This document shows, one piece after another, positions 1 to 14,274 of a stretch of DNA of 64,000 nucleotides. The notes below the pieces were generated by a model. That model saw nothing but the letters and a program-made list of their open reading frames with translations. It had not been told where the DNA came from and made no database searches. The DNA is taken from assembly GCF_009914755.1 (NCBI RefSeq), contig NC_060947.1, one strand, 5' to 3'. Position 1 is the stretch's first letter, and each line of letters opens with the position of its first letter. Origin of the DNA: the human T2T-CHM13v2.0 reference genome, Homo sapiens. The position numbers were made by a program, and so were the translations under genes.

Positions 1-811
1 GTATTTACAATCCCTTAGCTAGACATAAAGGTTCTCCAAGTCCCCACCAGAGTAGCTAGATACAGAGTGTCGATTGGTGCATTCACAAACCCTGAGCTAG
101 ACACAGGGTGCTGATTGGTGTGTTTACAAACCTTGAGCTAGATACAGAGTGCTGATTGGTGTATTTACAATCCCTTAGCTAGACATAAAGGTTCTCCAAG
201 TCCCCACCAGACTCAGGAGCCCAGCTGGCTTCACCCAGTGGATCCTGCACCATGGCCGCAGGTGGAGCTGCCTGCCAGTCCTGTGCTGTGCACCCGCACT
301 CCTCAGCCCTTGGGTGGTTGATGGGACTGGGCGCCATGGAGCAGGGGGCGGAGCTCATCGGGGAGGCTCGGGCCGTGCAGGAGCCCACAGCGGTGGGGAG
401 GCTCAGGCATAGCATGGTGGGCTGCAGGTCCCGAGCCCTGCCCCAGGGGGAGGCAGCTAAGCCCCGGCGAGAAATCAAGCACAGCAGCTGCTGGCCCAGG
501 TGCTAAGCCCCTCACTGCCTGGGGCAGGCAGGGCCAGCTGAGTGCAGGCCCGCTGAGCCCACACCCACCTGGAACTGGCGCTGGCCTGCAAGTGCTGCAG
601 GCAGCCCCGGTTCCCGCATGGGCATCTCCCTCCACACCTCCCCACAGGCTGAGGGAGCCAGCTCCGGCCTTGGCCAGCCCAGGAAGGGGCTCCCACGGTG
701 CAGCGGTGGGCTGAAGGGCTCTCCAAGTGCCACCAAAGTGGGAGCCCAGGCAGAGGAGGCGCAGAGAGCAAGCGAGGGCTGCGAGGGCTGCCAGCACGCT
801 GTCACCTCTCA
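1..811 (-). mobile_element. LTR12C-type (ERV9/HERV9) LTR, 5' (U3) part; continues beyond the window start
   Basis: Ends in ...CAGCACGCTGTCACCTCTCA, the reverse complement of the LTR12 start TGAGAGGTGACAGCGTGCTG. Has a GC-rich U3 block and tandem units of about 40 bp containing GATTGG (CCAAT on the minus strand) and GCTAGACA/GCTAGATA. Confidence 0.93.
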
Positions 812-2674
812 ATACTGTCAAGGAAAGGGGCTCAGCATCATCTGTCACCATCAGGGGACTTCTACTTTAGGGAAAGGAGCTGTTATTGCCCCAGATTTAG
901 CCCCCTTCTGGTGATCAACTCTGAGTACCAAATAATCTTGAGCCCACCTTGCTCTTTGCCCAAAAATAGTTTAGTACTTGGCCTTTATGGAAGACCACAA
1001 TTTCCGTGCTTCAACAAAATCCCAGGAAAGCCCTCTGAAATACCTCCAAAGAAAGGACAGGCTACCCACTGAATCCTCTTTTACCTGATGGCTTGGGTGC
1101 CTGGGCCTATGAGAAGGTGGAAGAAGTGGTCTGCCTATACTGTCTGGCTGTCTGTTAGTCTAACTCATCTCTGGTGGTCTCATTTTAGAGGTTGAGTGGT
1201 GTTCAATTGCTTTAGCCCCTCACTTTTCATAATATGGTAATATTGATAATAAAATGAACCTATCCAGCTAGGTACAGTCATACTTCTTGCCTTGAACTTA
1301 CAAAGCCTCACCCATATTTCCATACTCTTTCCAGATAAGACTCCTCTTCATTTTCTATTCTTGCCTGGAGTTAGACTGTATTTCTCATGCCCTAACTAGA
1401 CTTGTTCCCTGGTTGTCAGTACTTTTCCTGACACATCCCACCCCTGTTTGGCCCCTCATTTTCTTTAGTTTACTATTATTTCTCCTCTTCATTATTCTCC
1501 TACCTTATTTGATCTTCCTAGTCCCAGTAAGCAGAGCAACTAGAGGGCCCAACAGAGTACCCTCATGTTTTGGAAGTGTGGATAGTGACTGACGGTGAAC
1601 CTACAGGCCACCTGCTCATGGCACCTGCTTTGTAATTCAAAGGTGAAGTCTGTGCTTTGATACACAAAAGTGCTGCCTTGGTTTTATCACTAACTCCCCT
1701 TTAACTTCTGGCCCATATCCAAAAAGGTTCTTTCTCTCCATCCCCCAAATCCATCCTGCCCAGTCCTGCTTTATGTAGCAATTTTCCTACAAGCAATGCT
1801 TCTGAATATGCTTTTTGTGCAACATTGTTTCAGACTATAGGAAGCCAGCCTAAGCAGTGTTAATGCATCCTGATGTTTTCCAGCCAAACATCTAATTGAG
1901 TTGATTTCTATGACATTTCAAAGCCACCCACTCAACTTCAAATTTTTAAAAACTTGGAATTGCACGTCTCTTTTCTGTTGCCACCTAAACAAAACTCAGC
2001 ACACACCACATTTTTCTTTGGAGAAAACAATAACCCTCTGAGAATAAGGAAATGAAGCTTCTCCCTCCCATGAAGACCCAAGTAAAACAGAAGAATTATG
2101 GCTGTTAGAATATAATATATAAAATCATTGAGACATGCAAGCACCATACTTCTCTATATATAAGATTTAAGTCATTTCCAGTTAAGGTGAAAGTTCTACC
2201 TGGACTTGAACAGAGGCTGAAGATCTGCTCAACTTTTCCTACTCACTGCTAAATTCCCAGCACATGTCAAACAAACTCTGATTAAACAGAGTTCCCAATA
2301 CGGCACATGTGAAATGAAGGGTATTTGCAGTGGGACAAATTGCTGGATCACTGAGATCAAGCACTGAGCCAAATCAAGCACACGTGGTAATAAGCAAAAG
2401 AATGGGAGCAGTATTTGAAATCTTATGTCAAAAAGTACAAAAAGAACTATCCAAAATATAACTAGGGTTCTAGCTGCTCTATTATCAACCAAGTGCAAGG
2501 GAAAATAGAGAGCAGGGTAGATATATTATGCACTTACTGTGAAAAGAAAGCAGGCAGAATTAGCAAGGCTTAACATCTTATCTAGTTACTGTGAATTTTC
2601 AGTTAAAGCTTTCAAAAATTAATATAGATGAAAGCCTTCTTTGCCCATTGTATCAGGGGTACTATCCCTGATAT

Positions 2675-2850
2675 CTGGGCCTGAAATCTGACTCCAAGAT
2701 GTTTTATCTGTGTTATCTTTGGCAAATTACTTAATCTCTTTGGTCTCTGTTTCTTCATTTGTAGAAAGGGAATAATAATGATAACCAATTTTAACATTGT
2801 TGTAGGGATTAAATGAGATATCGTATTGGAAGAGCTTAGCATAGTGCCCA
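2675..2850 (+). mobile_element. MIR SINE fragment
   Basis: MIR core: GGCAAATTACTTAATCTCT...TGTTTCTTCATTTGTAGAAAGGGAATAATAAT...GGATTAAATGAGATA...CTTAGCATAGTGCC. Confidence 0.8.
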
Positions 2851-3109
2851 TTATAAAGTTCAATGACTGCTATGATTATGATTACGAGTATGATTTTTAC
2901 AATGCAAATGTTAGTTTTGATGGCTTTTCAAATGTGGCCTTGGCCAGAGAATCATCACGAACAGTTAGGATCAGCAGAGGGAGTCAGTTTCCCCGTGAGT
3001 GGGCATTGGGAGGACCAGGTTAGATGAGGGGATGATATTTATAAAAGTGGGTGAAGTCCTGTGAATTTTATGGGCTTATTGCCTTTTCTGTGGGCCTGGA
3101 CAGTTTTCA

Positions 3110-3484
<375 letters not shown>

Positions 3485-3540
3485 TCATGATCAAGGCAAA
3501 GGTCTGAATCTTGATAGGAACATTGCTTTATCAGACTGCA

Positions 3541-3618
3541 GAGTCCTGCCCACAAAGCTAAGGCACATTTTATTTTACGGAGTCCTGCTCACAAAGCTAA
3601 GGCACATTTTATTTTACA
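3541..3618. repeat. 39-bp tandem duplication
   Basis: GAGTCCTGC(C/T)CACAAAGCTAAGGCACATTTTATTTTAC(G/A) at 3541-3579 and 3580-3618. Confidence 0.95.
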
Positions 3619-4369
3619 GAGGCCTTATTTTTGTCAAATGTTTTCCAGCCTTGAGATATGGAGGCTGATGTATTTGTTGACTCCTTTCTTGAAGGAAAAT
3701 AGGAAAATGGAAATTCAGCCTCCATGCCTCTTCACAGCCTCCACCTCTAGGGATGATGCCCCTCTCATGAGCAGAAGAGACCTTCATCTACTTCAGGAGT
3801 CTCAAACTCAAATGACTATAGTGGCACAGGAATAAGTGAAATAAGCCAGGAGATTGGTAAGCCTCGCGATGACGTAAGAGCTTGACCCTCTTTAGAGGGA
3901 AGCTCTGGCCAGTCGCTTTCATTGAAAAATATAGATCCTGTGGTGTTATATAATCCAATTTGCGGAGAAAACCTACAAATCTAGATTTTTAGATTGAATC
4001 TCCTAATTTCTAACTGCTGGCAAATATTCAAGTTTTTAAAAACACCACATGAGCCCAAGGAACAAATATTTCTATTTATCAGACATGGACCAAGGATTGC
4101 CAAATCGTGACACTTCTCTACGTGGTACAATTTCAGGTTCCTGGGGAGGTTCCTTCTGACCCCAAACATGTCCCCTACCTTCTGCTACTCCTCTAGAAGT
4201 TTAGCAATCTTTCCGATGTCTAAGGCCTCTCCTTCAAGACACAAAATCCCCCTTGTGGGGAGCATATTGAGCACTCATCACTCATTCGCTGCTTAGACTA
4301 TGTTAGTTCACCACATCCACTTGGGGAATGCAGGAAAGGCGAAGTTGTAGAGGTGGGTGGGAGTTGGGA

Positions 4370-4550
4370 GTCCAGTGGTATGAACACCCAGAATTCTTTC
4401 CTCTGATACTCACTAGCTATTGTAACCACAAGGAAATCACTTATTTGGCATTCACTTTAATTGTGAAAAGGGGCTATATAATTACTACTTCATGGAATTG
4501 TGGCAATAATGTAGTGGAATAACATATAATGAATGCCCAGCATCATGTAG
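4370..4550 (+). mobile_element. Degenerate MIR
   Basis: ACTAGCTATTGTAACCACAAGGAAATCACTTA...TGTGAAAAGGGGCTATATAATTACTACTTCATGGAATTGT, similar to the MIR core. Confidence 0.55.
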
Positions 4551-6139
4551 ACTGCCCTTAATATAAGTTTAATCTGGGCAAGAAGAAGGAATGATGTTCT
4601 GGTGCTCCAGGGAAGTTGTAAAGTTGGGGTGTGGTCACAGAGGACCTCTTAGAAGAGGGGTGAAAAGGGTGGGAAGGCAGGAGGGAGCTGTGAGCAGTCA
4701 GTGTATCATTCTCTGGCTAGCAGCCCAGCTAGTACAAGGAGATAATGTACTAAGGGAGAAACAGTCACTACAATAATAAGCCACGAATGCAGCCTGTTAT
4801 ACTGACCTGCATTCGAAGCTTACACAAGTCTAACTCATCCTTCCAACATTTTTGGCCACTATAGACTCTCGATACTGTTTCTTTGACTTCTTTACTCAAA
4901 TCAATATTCCATACCTATATTTCTTACTTGTGTAACACATAAGTGAATTGTAAGCCAAATCCTTTGCTTTATGGAAAAAAATAAAAACAACAAAACCTCT
5001 TAATGTTTTATGCTGCACATAACTCAGGAGACATCAAAGAGAAGAAATTTTGATCAGAATGAAACCATGTTGGGATGTATATGGCCAGGACAGGATTGTA
5101 GAGTTGGGGAAGGGATGGGAGATGGACACAAAGCTCCATCAATAAGACAAAGGAAAATGACAAGTGAACTGCGTGTTATAAAATCACACAACTGCAGGTT
5201 GACTTTGTAAAAATGCCCTCATGCCTATAACGAAGATATCACAAAAAGGCACAAGAAATCATGGGCCATGTACCAAAAACACATTTCCAGATCTTAGTTT
5301 CTATCCCGTGCCATTGTTTAGCTTATTCCAGCAACAGGAGCCTGCAGACTTGTCTGTTTTAATAGTTCACAAAGAAGGAGACTGGATGTTATCCAGGAGG
5401 CAGACCACAGGGAGACATGGTTCCCAGTTGAGTACTGAAATTCCCACCCGCGCCCCCATAAAAACACACACAAATGTGACTGTGCATGTGTATACATATT
5501 TATGCGTAGAGCCAAAGTGCTTTGAATTTGTATTACTATAGCTGACAAATCAAAGATGGGCCAAATCTCCACACTCTGTGTGTTTTATGTGGTTGGTCTC
5601 TTGTCTGAGGCAAAAGATCAGGCAGGATGTTAACCAGGGGTCCAGATGTGGCTTTTCAGAAAAACACATTCCTTAGCTTGGCTTCTGTATGTCTTAGTTG
5701 CCAAGATCCACTCTTCTGTGTTCAACCCAGCCTCACTGCACCAACCCCTCCCCTGCCTCATCTCAAATGGCCACCACAGTGGCTGGCTTTTATGCTGGAG
5801 CAGAAAAAATGAAAGCCTTGAGAATATGTACTCTGCTCCACAGGTAACTGGAGAAGACATGTCAAATGCAATCCACATCTATATGTCAATTTCTCTCCAT
5901 ATGTAAGTTATTTTTGCAGAAAATATTGTCTAAAGAACTCTCATCACTGCATTTGTGCAAACATGGCCATAATTCCTGAGGTTTGGATCTCTGATACAAC
6001 AGGTGTTGTATTCAGTTTGATTGTCTACAATCTCAGATGATAAAACTGGCCACACTATTAAGGGTCTACCTTAATTTTATTAAATTCAAGTAATGCTTTG
6101 TTTGGAAATTTCAAAATTGAAAACAAATACAGGCTGACC

Positions 6140-6256
6140 CTTTAAGAAACCTGATTCAATCTGTCACAAAGCCCAGAAATCTGTATTTTATAACAAGCGA
6201 ATTGGGTGTTTCTGACGCAAAGAGTTCCCTGAGCTTACTTTGGGAAACACAGCTCT
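6140..6256. mobile_element. MER5-like (hAT-Charlie) MITE fragment
   Basis: GCCCAGAAATCTGTATTTTATAACAAGC...TTCTGACGCA...ACTTTGGGAAACACAG resembles the MER5A/B end. Confidence 0.5.
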
Positions 6257-6268
6257 GTTCCTTTATAT

Positions 6269-7670
6269 CAGCAGTTCTCAAATATTTGGAGCCCAGAATT
6301 TTTTTGCACATTCAAAAATTATTGAGGATCCTAACAAGCTTTGGTTAATGTAGGTTATATTTATTGATACTTGCCATATTAAAATTAAATTTGAAAAATA
6401 TTAATCTATAAATTAATTTTGAAATAATAATAAACTTATTATAAGTTAAATATTTTATGAAAAATTGCTATTTTTTTCTGAAGCAAAAGAATTAGTGAGA
6501 AGAATAACATTATTTTACATTTTCAAATATCTTTACTGTCTGGATTAATAAAAGACAGCTGGGGCCAGGTGCAGTGACTCATGCCTGTAATCTCAGCACT
6601 TTGGGAGGCCGAGGTGGGCAGATCACAAGGTCAGGAGTTTGAAACTAGCCTGGCCAACATAGTGAAACCACGTCTCTACTAAAAATACAAAAATTAGCTG
6701 GGCATGGTGGTGCGTGCCTGTAGTCCCAGCTACTCAGGAGGCTGAAGCAGGAGAATCGCATGAACTTGGGAGTCAGAGGTTGTGATGAGCCGAGAGCGCG
6801 CCACTGCACTCCAGCCTGGGCAACAGAGTGAGACTCCATCTCAAAAAATAAATAAATAAAAATAGAAGACACCTGGATTCTCATATCTGCCTCTAAATTC
6901 TAGCTGTTGCAATATGTTGTCTTGATCAAAGTATATATGTAAAAAATATCCAGCTTACACAAACGTGTAGTTGGATAAAGGAGGGGGTATTTTAGTAGCC
7001 TTTTTAGATAATTGTGAATATTCTTTGAAACTATACCAAAATGCGAGTGGTAGCTGCATAAAGGTTACTTGCAACATAGATCTGAGACCATATCAATGAG
7101 CATTTCATCATCTGTTACATTAAAATTCATTGTTCTATTTTGTACTTGAAATATGTATTTTTTTACTCACGAATGATTTTATAAAACTATGAATTGGTCA
7201 TGTGGAAAATATTGGTTCACCAAGTTATGCAGATATCTCAAATGTTGACATTTTATTATATACATTTTTGAATCATATTTGTTAATATAAACAACAATCT
7301 CATCAGAAAATGTCTTTACATATTGGGAAGCTGACAAGCTCATGGGGGCAGATATAAGCTTTCCAAAATTCCAATTTTTTTCTTGAAAGCTGGAATTTTA
7401 TCTTTGGCAACGCATATTGCCAGTTGTTTTCCTTGAAATAACAAGCTCACTTTGTTCATTTTCAAGAAAATATCTGCCAAATACCCAAGTCTGAACAACC
7501 ATGATTTATCTATCAGTCATTCATTCAAGTGAAAATGGTCGTCCATGAAAAAACTCAATTGCACATGTACTTTTCCTTGAGACAACAATTGAGCTTGAGT
7601 ACATAGTAGAAGTGCCTTATGCATACTTTCCACTTTGCCATACAGAATATTAAAATAAAATAAAGTAAAA
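6269..7670 (-). mobile_element. Charlie1-family (hAT) DNA transposon fossil, interrupted by an Alu
   Basis: Terminus CAGCAGTTCTCAAA...AAAAATTATTGAGGATCC...; the internal stretch GACAGCTGGATTCTCATATCTGC matches the reverse complement of the Charlie1 end as recalled. Confidence 0.7.
6563..6862 (+). mobile_element. Alu (AluS-like) inserted in Charlie1
   Basis: Full dimer with (AAAT)n tail; degenerate target-site duplication (TSD) AAGACAGCTGG / AAGACACCTGG. Confidence 0.95.
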
Positions 7671-10600
7671 TAAAATAAGAATGTGTAGGCTCAGAGTTTT
7701 CTTGCATTAATTCAAGCTCATGTTTGAGAATCCTGAAGCACTGGTCGCTCCTGATACCTCTGGTCAGATGAAAGTCCAATGTCTACTGGGGATTAGGACT
7801 ATAGCATATGAATTTGGTGGGAAAGGACACAATTCACTCCACAATAGAAGCATTCTATGATTTGCTGTCTAGGGATAAATTATAAAAATTCACCTCAAAA
7901 GAAATTGTCTAGGTTATACGTGGCTCACCCCATTTTAGAAGAAACTATCAAAATCTGGAGAAACACTGTCAACAACAACAGAAAATACACACCGATAAAG
8001 AACACCTTCTCACAACAGTGGCCAAATTCAGTAGGGACTCAAGTCTAATTTGGTGGGCCTTATGTTAATTAACTTGGTTTAATTATTCTGCAATGTATAC
8101 AAATATTGAAACATCACATTGGGAGGGCAGACAAGATGGCTGACTAGAGGCAGCCAGGAAGATCATCCCCAACAAAGAGCCTGGGACATTGGGAACACTG
8201 GCACACTCCAAGCAGATCTTCAGAAGGAAGGCATCAAAAGTGGATGGAGGGAGAACTCAGTTGCTGGGCTGAAGCAGGAGGAAGCTAGGAACCCTGCATG
8301 GTGCTATGAAGCACCGGGATTTGTTCCTGGCCCACAGTGACTCCTGGGGAAGGGGTGAGTTGAACAAGTGAGCAGTGGCCCACTCTTGTCACAAACCTCT
8401 GGAATCCTGGCAGCAGGAGACCCCACAACCCCCATGGACACTTGAGCTGGCAGCAAAAGCTCCTTAAAGAGGTGATAGGGGCAGGATTCTAGCCTGTTCA
8501 GAGCCCAGAGAGTTTAGTGCTGGAATGTCTGTGATGGAGCATGGCCAGAGATACCCCTCCCCCAAGGCTTGCCACACTCCTTCCGGAGACTTTATGCTTA
8601 GGGTGATTGTCAGATCTGGACAGAGCAGGGTGGTCTTGCCCATGCAATGGGGCCAGTCCAATCTAAGTGCCTCCTGTCTTCTGACCTCTGCCAGGGCCCC
8701 AGCCTGGCCATGCCTGCTTGCAGTGCAGCAGATGCCCAACCAGGATGCTTCTGGGGGGCCATCATCATAGCTTCTTTGCTGGCAAACCACACCTGACCAT
8801 CAGAGAACCCCAGAAGATATCCAACTCCATTGATGTCCACCACTCCACACACCGTAGCCTCCCCCAACCACTGTGCTGGCCAATAAGTGTCCCCCAACTG
8901 CTTTGCCAGCATGCAGAGGCAGGTGGCCCTCACCTGCCCTCCCTTGTGAGCGTGCATGTGCATACACACCCCACCACACCACTGCTGCCAGCGTGAGTGA
9001 ACCCACTGCCTGTCACACCTTGCTGCTGATGCACAAACACCTGCCTGCATCATCATCATTGGCGCAAACACATGCATAGATACTGGCAACCATGCCCCAC
9101 CATGCCACTGCCAGTGCAAACACCCAGGGATGCTGGCATTGCCACCCCCCGCATGTTGCCACTGCCATGGCCAGTGCAAATGTGTGCATAGATGCCAGTG
9201 GTCCCACTGCCCACCAACACACCACCACCACCACTGCTACCATGGGTTTGAGCATGCAGAGGAATGCAGAAGCCCCACTCCCACTAGTACGCTGCCCCAA
9301 CTGATGCACATGCATCCTGCTGTGCTGCCACAACTGCTGGCACTCATGAGCCACTACCCTTATGAAGCACTTTGGCTGGTACCACTCATTGAATCGTTGT
9401 GGCCAGTGGACCAGGAATACCTCAGCCCCTCCACAGGTTCCTAACTTCTAGGAGCTAGAGAACAAAGCTAGGGGTCCAGTACTAGGCCCCCAGAATTACA
9501 GTATGCAGCCCAGGAGTACTGAGCTGAGCATTGTCCCCCTAAAATCTTCCAGAAATGAAGCCAGTTGACTAACCCACGTTTTACCATAATTAAACCCTCA
9601 AGGGCATGAAAGATGTGGTATAAGGTGGGTTTTATCAAAGATGAAAGCAAAAAAAAAAAAAAAACTATCTTAAGGACAGCAACTTCAAAGACTGAAGGAA
9701 CATTAGACCCCACAGATGAAAAAGAAGCAGTGCAAGAACATTGGCAACTCAAAAAGCCAGAGTGTCTTACCTCTGAATGACCACACTAGTTCCCCAGCAA
9801 TTGTTCTTAACCAGGCTGAAATGACTGAAATGACAGAAGTAAAATTCAGAACATGGATAGGAATGAAGGTCATCGAGATTCAGGAGAAAGTTGAAACCCA
9901 ATCCAAGGAATCTAAGGAATACAATAAAACAATATAGGAAATAAAAGACCAAGTAGCCATTTTAGGAAAGAACCAAACTGATCTAACAGAGCTGAAAAAC
10001 ACATCTCAAGAATTTCACTATACAATTGCAAGTATTAAGAGCAGCATTGACCAAGCTGATAAAAGAATCTCAGAACTTGAAAACCAGTTCCCTGAAATAA
10101 CTCAGTCAGGAAAAATTAAAAAAAAAAAAGAAGATTGCACAACCACAGAGAAATATGGGATTATGTAAAGAGAACAAATCTACAACTCATTGGTGTCCCT
10201 GAAAGAGAGGGAGAGAAAGCAAGCAACTTGGAAAACATATGAGGATTTATTCAGCATTCTTAAAGAAAAGAAATTCCAACCAAGTTCTTATTCAGCCAAA
10301 CTAAGCTTCATAAGCAAAGAAATAACATACTTTTCAGACAAGCAAATGTAAGAGAATTCATTACCATTAGGTCCTGAAGGGAGTTCTAATGTGGTCCTTA
10401 CAAGAGGTCCTGAAGGGAGTTCTAAATATGAAAAGGAAAGACTGTTTCTGGCCACCACAAAAACACACTTAAGTACTTATACCACTGACACTATAAAACA
10501 ACCAAACAATAAATTCTGCATAATAACCAGCTAACAACACAATTACAGGATCAAATAAGCACATGCAATATTAACCATGAATGTGAACATGCTAAATGCA

Positions 10601-12237
10601 CCAGTTAGAAGACACAGACTAGTAAGTTGGATAAAGAAGCAAGACCCAACTCTATGTTGTCTTCAAGAGACCCATCTCACATGCAGTGTCACCCACAGGA
10701 TCAAAGTAAAGGGATAGAGAAAAATCTACCAAGCAACTGGAAAATAGAAAAAAAGCAGAGGTCGCTATTCTAATTTCAGACAAAACAGACTTCAAACCAA
10801 CAATGATCAAAAAAAGACAAGGAAGGGCATTACATAATGGTAAAAGTTTCAATTCAATAAGAATACCTAATAATTCTAAATATATATGCACTGAACAAAA
10901 AAGCACCCAGGTTCATAAAACAAGCTTTTAGAGACCTATGAATATACTTAGATAACCACACAATAACAGTAGGAGAGTTCAACATCACATTGACAGTATT
11001 AGACAGATCACTGAGGCAGAAAACTAACAAAGTTATACACTACCGGAACTTGATATTTGACCAAATGGATGTAACAGACACCTACAGACCTCCCCACTGT
11101 GAAATAACAGAATATACATTCTTCTCTTCTGCACATGGCAGGCACTCTAAAAGTGACCACAGAATCGGCCATAAAACAATCCTCAGCAAATTCAAAAACA
11201 CCAAAATCATACTAAACACATTTTCAGACCACAGCACAGTATAAATAGAAATTGGTACTTTAAAAATTGCTAAAAACCATACAATTATATGGAAATTAAA
11301 CAACCTGATCCTAAATGACTTTTGGGTAAACAATGAAATTAACACAGAAATCAAGACATTCTTTGAAACAAATGAGAACAAAGATACAACATACCAGAAT
11401 ATCTGTGATGCAGCTAAAGCAGTGCTAAGAGGGAAGTTTATAGCGTTAAACACCCACATCAAAAAGTTAGAAAGCTCTCAAAATAACATGCTAAGGTCAC
11501 ACCTACAGGAACTAGAGAAACAAGAGTAAACCAACCCCAAAGCTAGCAGAACACAAGAAATAGCCAAATCAAAGCTGAACTTAAGGAAATTGACACACGA
11601 AACACTATACAAAAAAAAAAAAATCAGCGAATCCAGGAGTTGTTCTTTTTTAAAAATAATAATAATAAAAAGATAGATGGATCACAAGCTAGATTAATGG
11701 AGAAAAAAAAGAGAAGATCCAAATAAACTCAATCAGAAATGACAAAGGGGGCATTACCACCAACCACACAGAAATACACACACAAAGAAACCCCTCAGAG
11801 ATGACTATGAACATCTCTATACACACAATCTAGGAAACCTAAAAGACATGGACAAACTCCTGGACACATACGCCTTCCCAAACTTGAGCCGGAAAGAAAT
11901 TGAATATCTAAACAGATCAAAATCAAGTTGCAAAATAGAATCAGTAATAAAAAGCCTACCAGTCAGAAAAAGCTCAGGACCAGAAGGATTTACAATCAAA
12001 TTCTACCAGATTTATGAGGAAGAGCTGGTACATTCCTACTGACACTATTCCATAAAATTGAGGAGGAGGGAATCCTCCCTAACTCATTCTAAGAGGCCAG
12101 CTTCATTCTAATACCAAAACCTGGCAGACGCACACACACGCAACAAAACAAAACACTAAACAAACAAACAAAAAACCTTCAGGCCAATATCCTTGCACAT
12201 AGATGTAAAAATCCTCAACAAAATACTGGCAAACTGA

Positions 12238-12360
<123 letters not shown>

Positions 12361-13766
12361 TAAAACCACATAATCATCTCAATAGATGCAGAAAAGGCCT
12401 TTGATAAAATTCAACATCCCTTCATGTTAAAAACACACAACAAAATAGGCATCAAAGGAACATATCACAAAATAATAACAGCTGTCTGTGACAAACCCAC
12501 AGCCAATATCATACTGAATGAGCAAAAGCTGGAAGCATTCCCCTTGAGGACCAGAACAAGACAAGAATGCTCACTCTCACCACTGCTATTTAATATAATG
12601 CTGAAACTCCTAGCTAGAGCAATCAGGTAAGAGGAAGAAATAAAAGGCATCCATGTAGAAAGAGAGGATATGAAATTATCTCTGTATGCAGCTAATATGA
12701 TTCTATACCTAGAACACCCCACAGTCTCTGCCCAAAAGCTCCTAGATCTGATAACAACTTAGGCAAAGTTTCAGCATACAACAATCATGTACAAAATTGG
12801 TAGCATTTCTATACACCAACAACAGCCAAGCTGAGAGCCAGATCAAGAATGTAATCTCATTCACAATAGCCACAAAAAAAATAAAATACCTAGGAATATA
12901 GCTAACCAGAGAGGTGAAACATCTCTACAATAAGAATTACAAAACACTGCTGAAAGAGATCAAAGATGACACAAGCAAATGGCTAAACATTCCATGCTCA
13001 TGGATAGGAAGAATCAATGTTGTAAAAAAATGGCCATACTGCCCGGAGCAACTTACAGATTCTATGCTATTCCTATTAAACTACCAATAATGTTTTTCAC
13101 GGAACTAGAAAAAACTATTTTAAAATTCATACGGAGCCAAAAAAGAGCCCAAATAGCCAAGGCAATCCTAAGCAAAAAGAACAAAGCTGAAGGCATCATG
13201 CTACTCAACTTCAAAATATAGTACAAGGCTACAGTAACCGTTACAGCATGGTGCTGGCACAAAAACAGGCACATAGACCAATGGAGCAGAATAGAGAGCC
13301 TAGACATAAGGCCACACATCCACAACCATCTGATCTTGAACAAAGTCAACAAAAACAATGAATGGGGAAAGGACTTCGTATTCCATAAATGGTGCTGGGA
13401 TAACTGGCTAGCTATATGCAGAAGAATGAAACTGGACCCTTTCCTTGCACCATATTCAAAAATCAACTCAGGATAGATTAAATACTTAAATGTAAAGCCT
13501 AAAACTATGAAAATCCTGGAAGTAAATCCAGGAAATACCATTCTGGACAAAGGTCTAGGCAAAGATTTCATGAGAAGATGCCAAAAGCAATTGCAACAAA
13601 AAAGAAAATTGACAAATGTGATCTAATTAAACTAAAGAGCTTCTGTACAGCAAAATAAACTATAAACAGAATAAACAGACAACCCACAGAATGAGAGAAA
13701 ATATTTGCAAACTATGCATTGACGAAGGTCTAATATCCAGTATCTATAAGGAATTTAAACATACTA

Positions 13767-14274
<508 letters not shown>

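Noticed and set aside
179-1072. Cluster of 84-182 aa ORFs on both strands
   Set aside because: They arise mainly from the GC-rich LTR12C U3, which is poor in stop codons.
8464-9444. Multiple long overlapping ORFs (up to 189 aa) rich in Cys, His and Ala
   Set aside because: They lie in the degenerate repetitive 5'UTR of the old L1; no coding signal.
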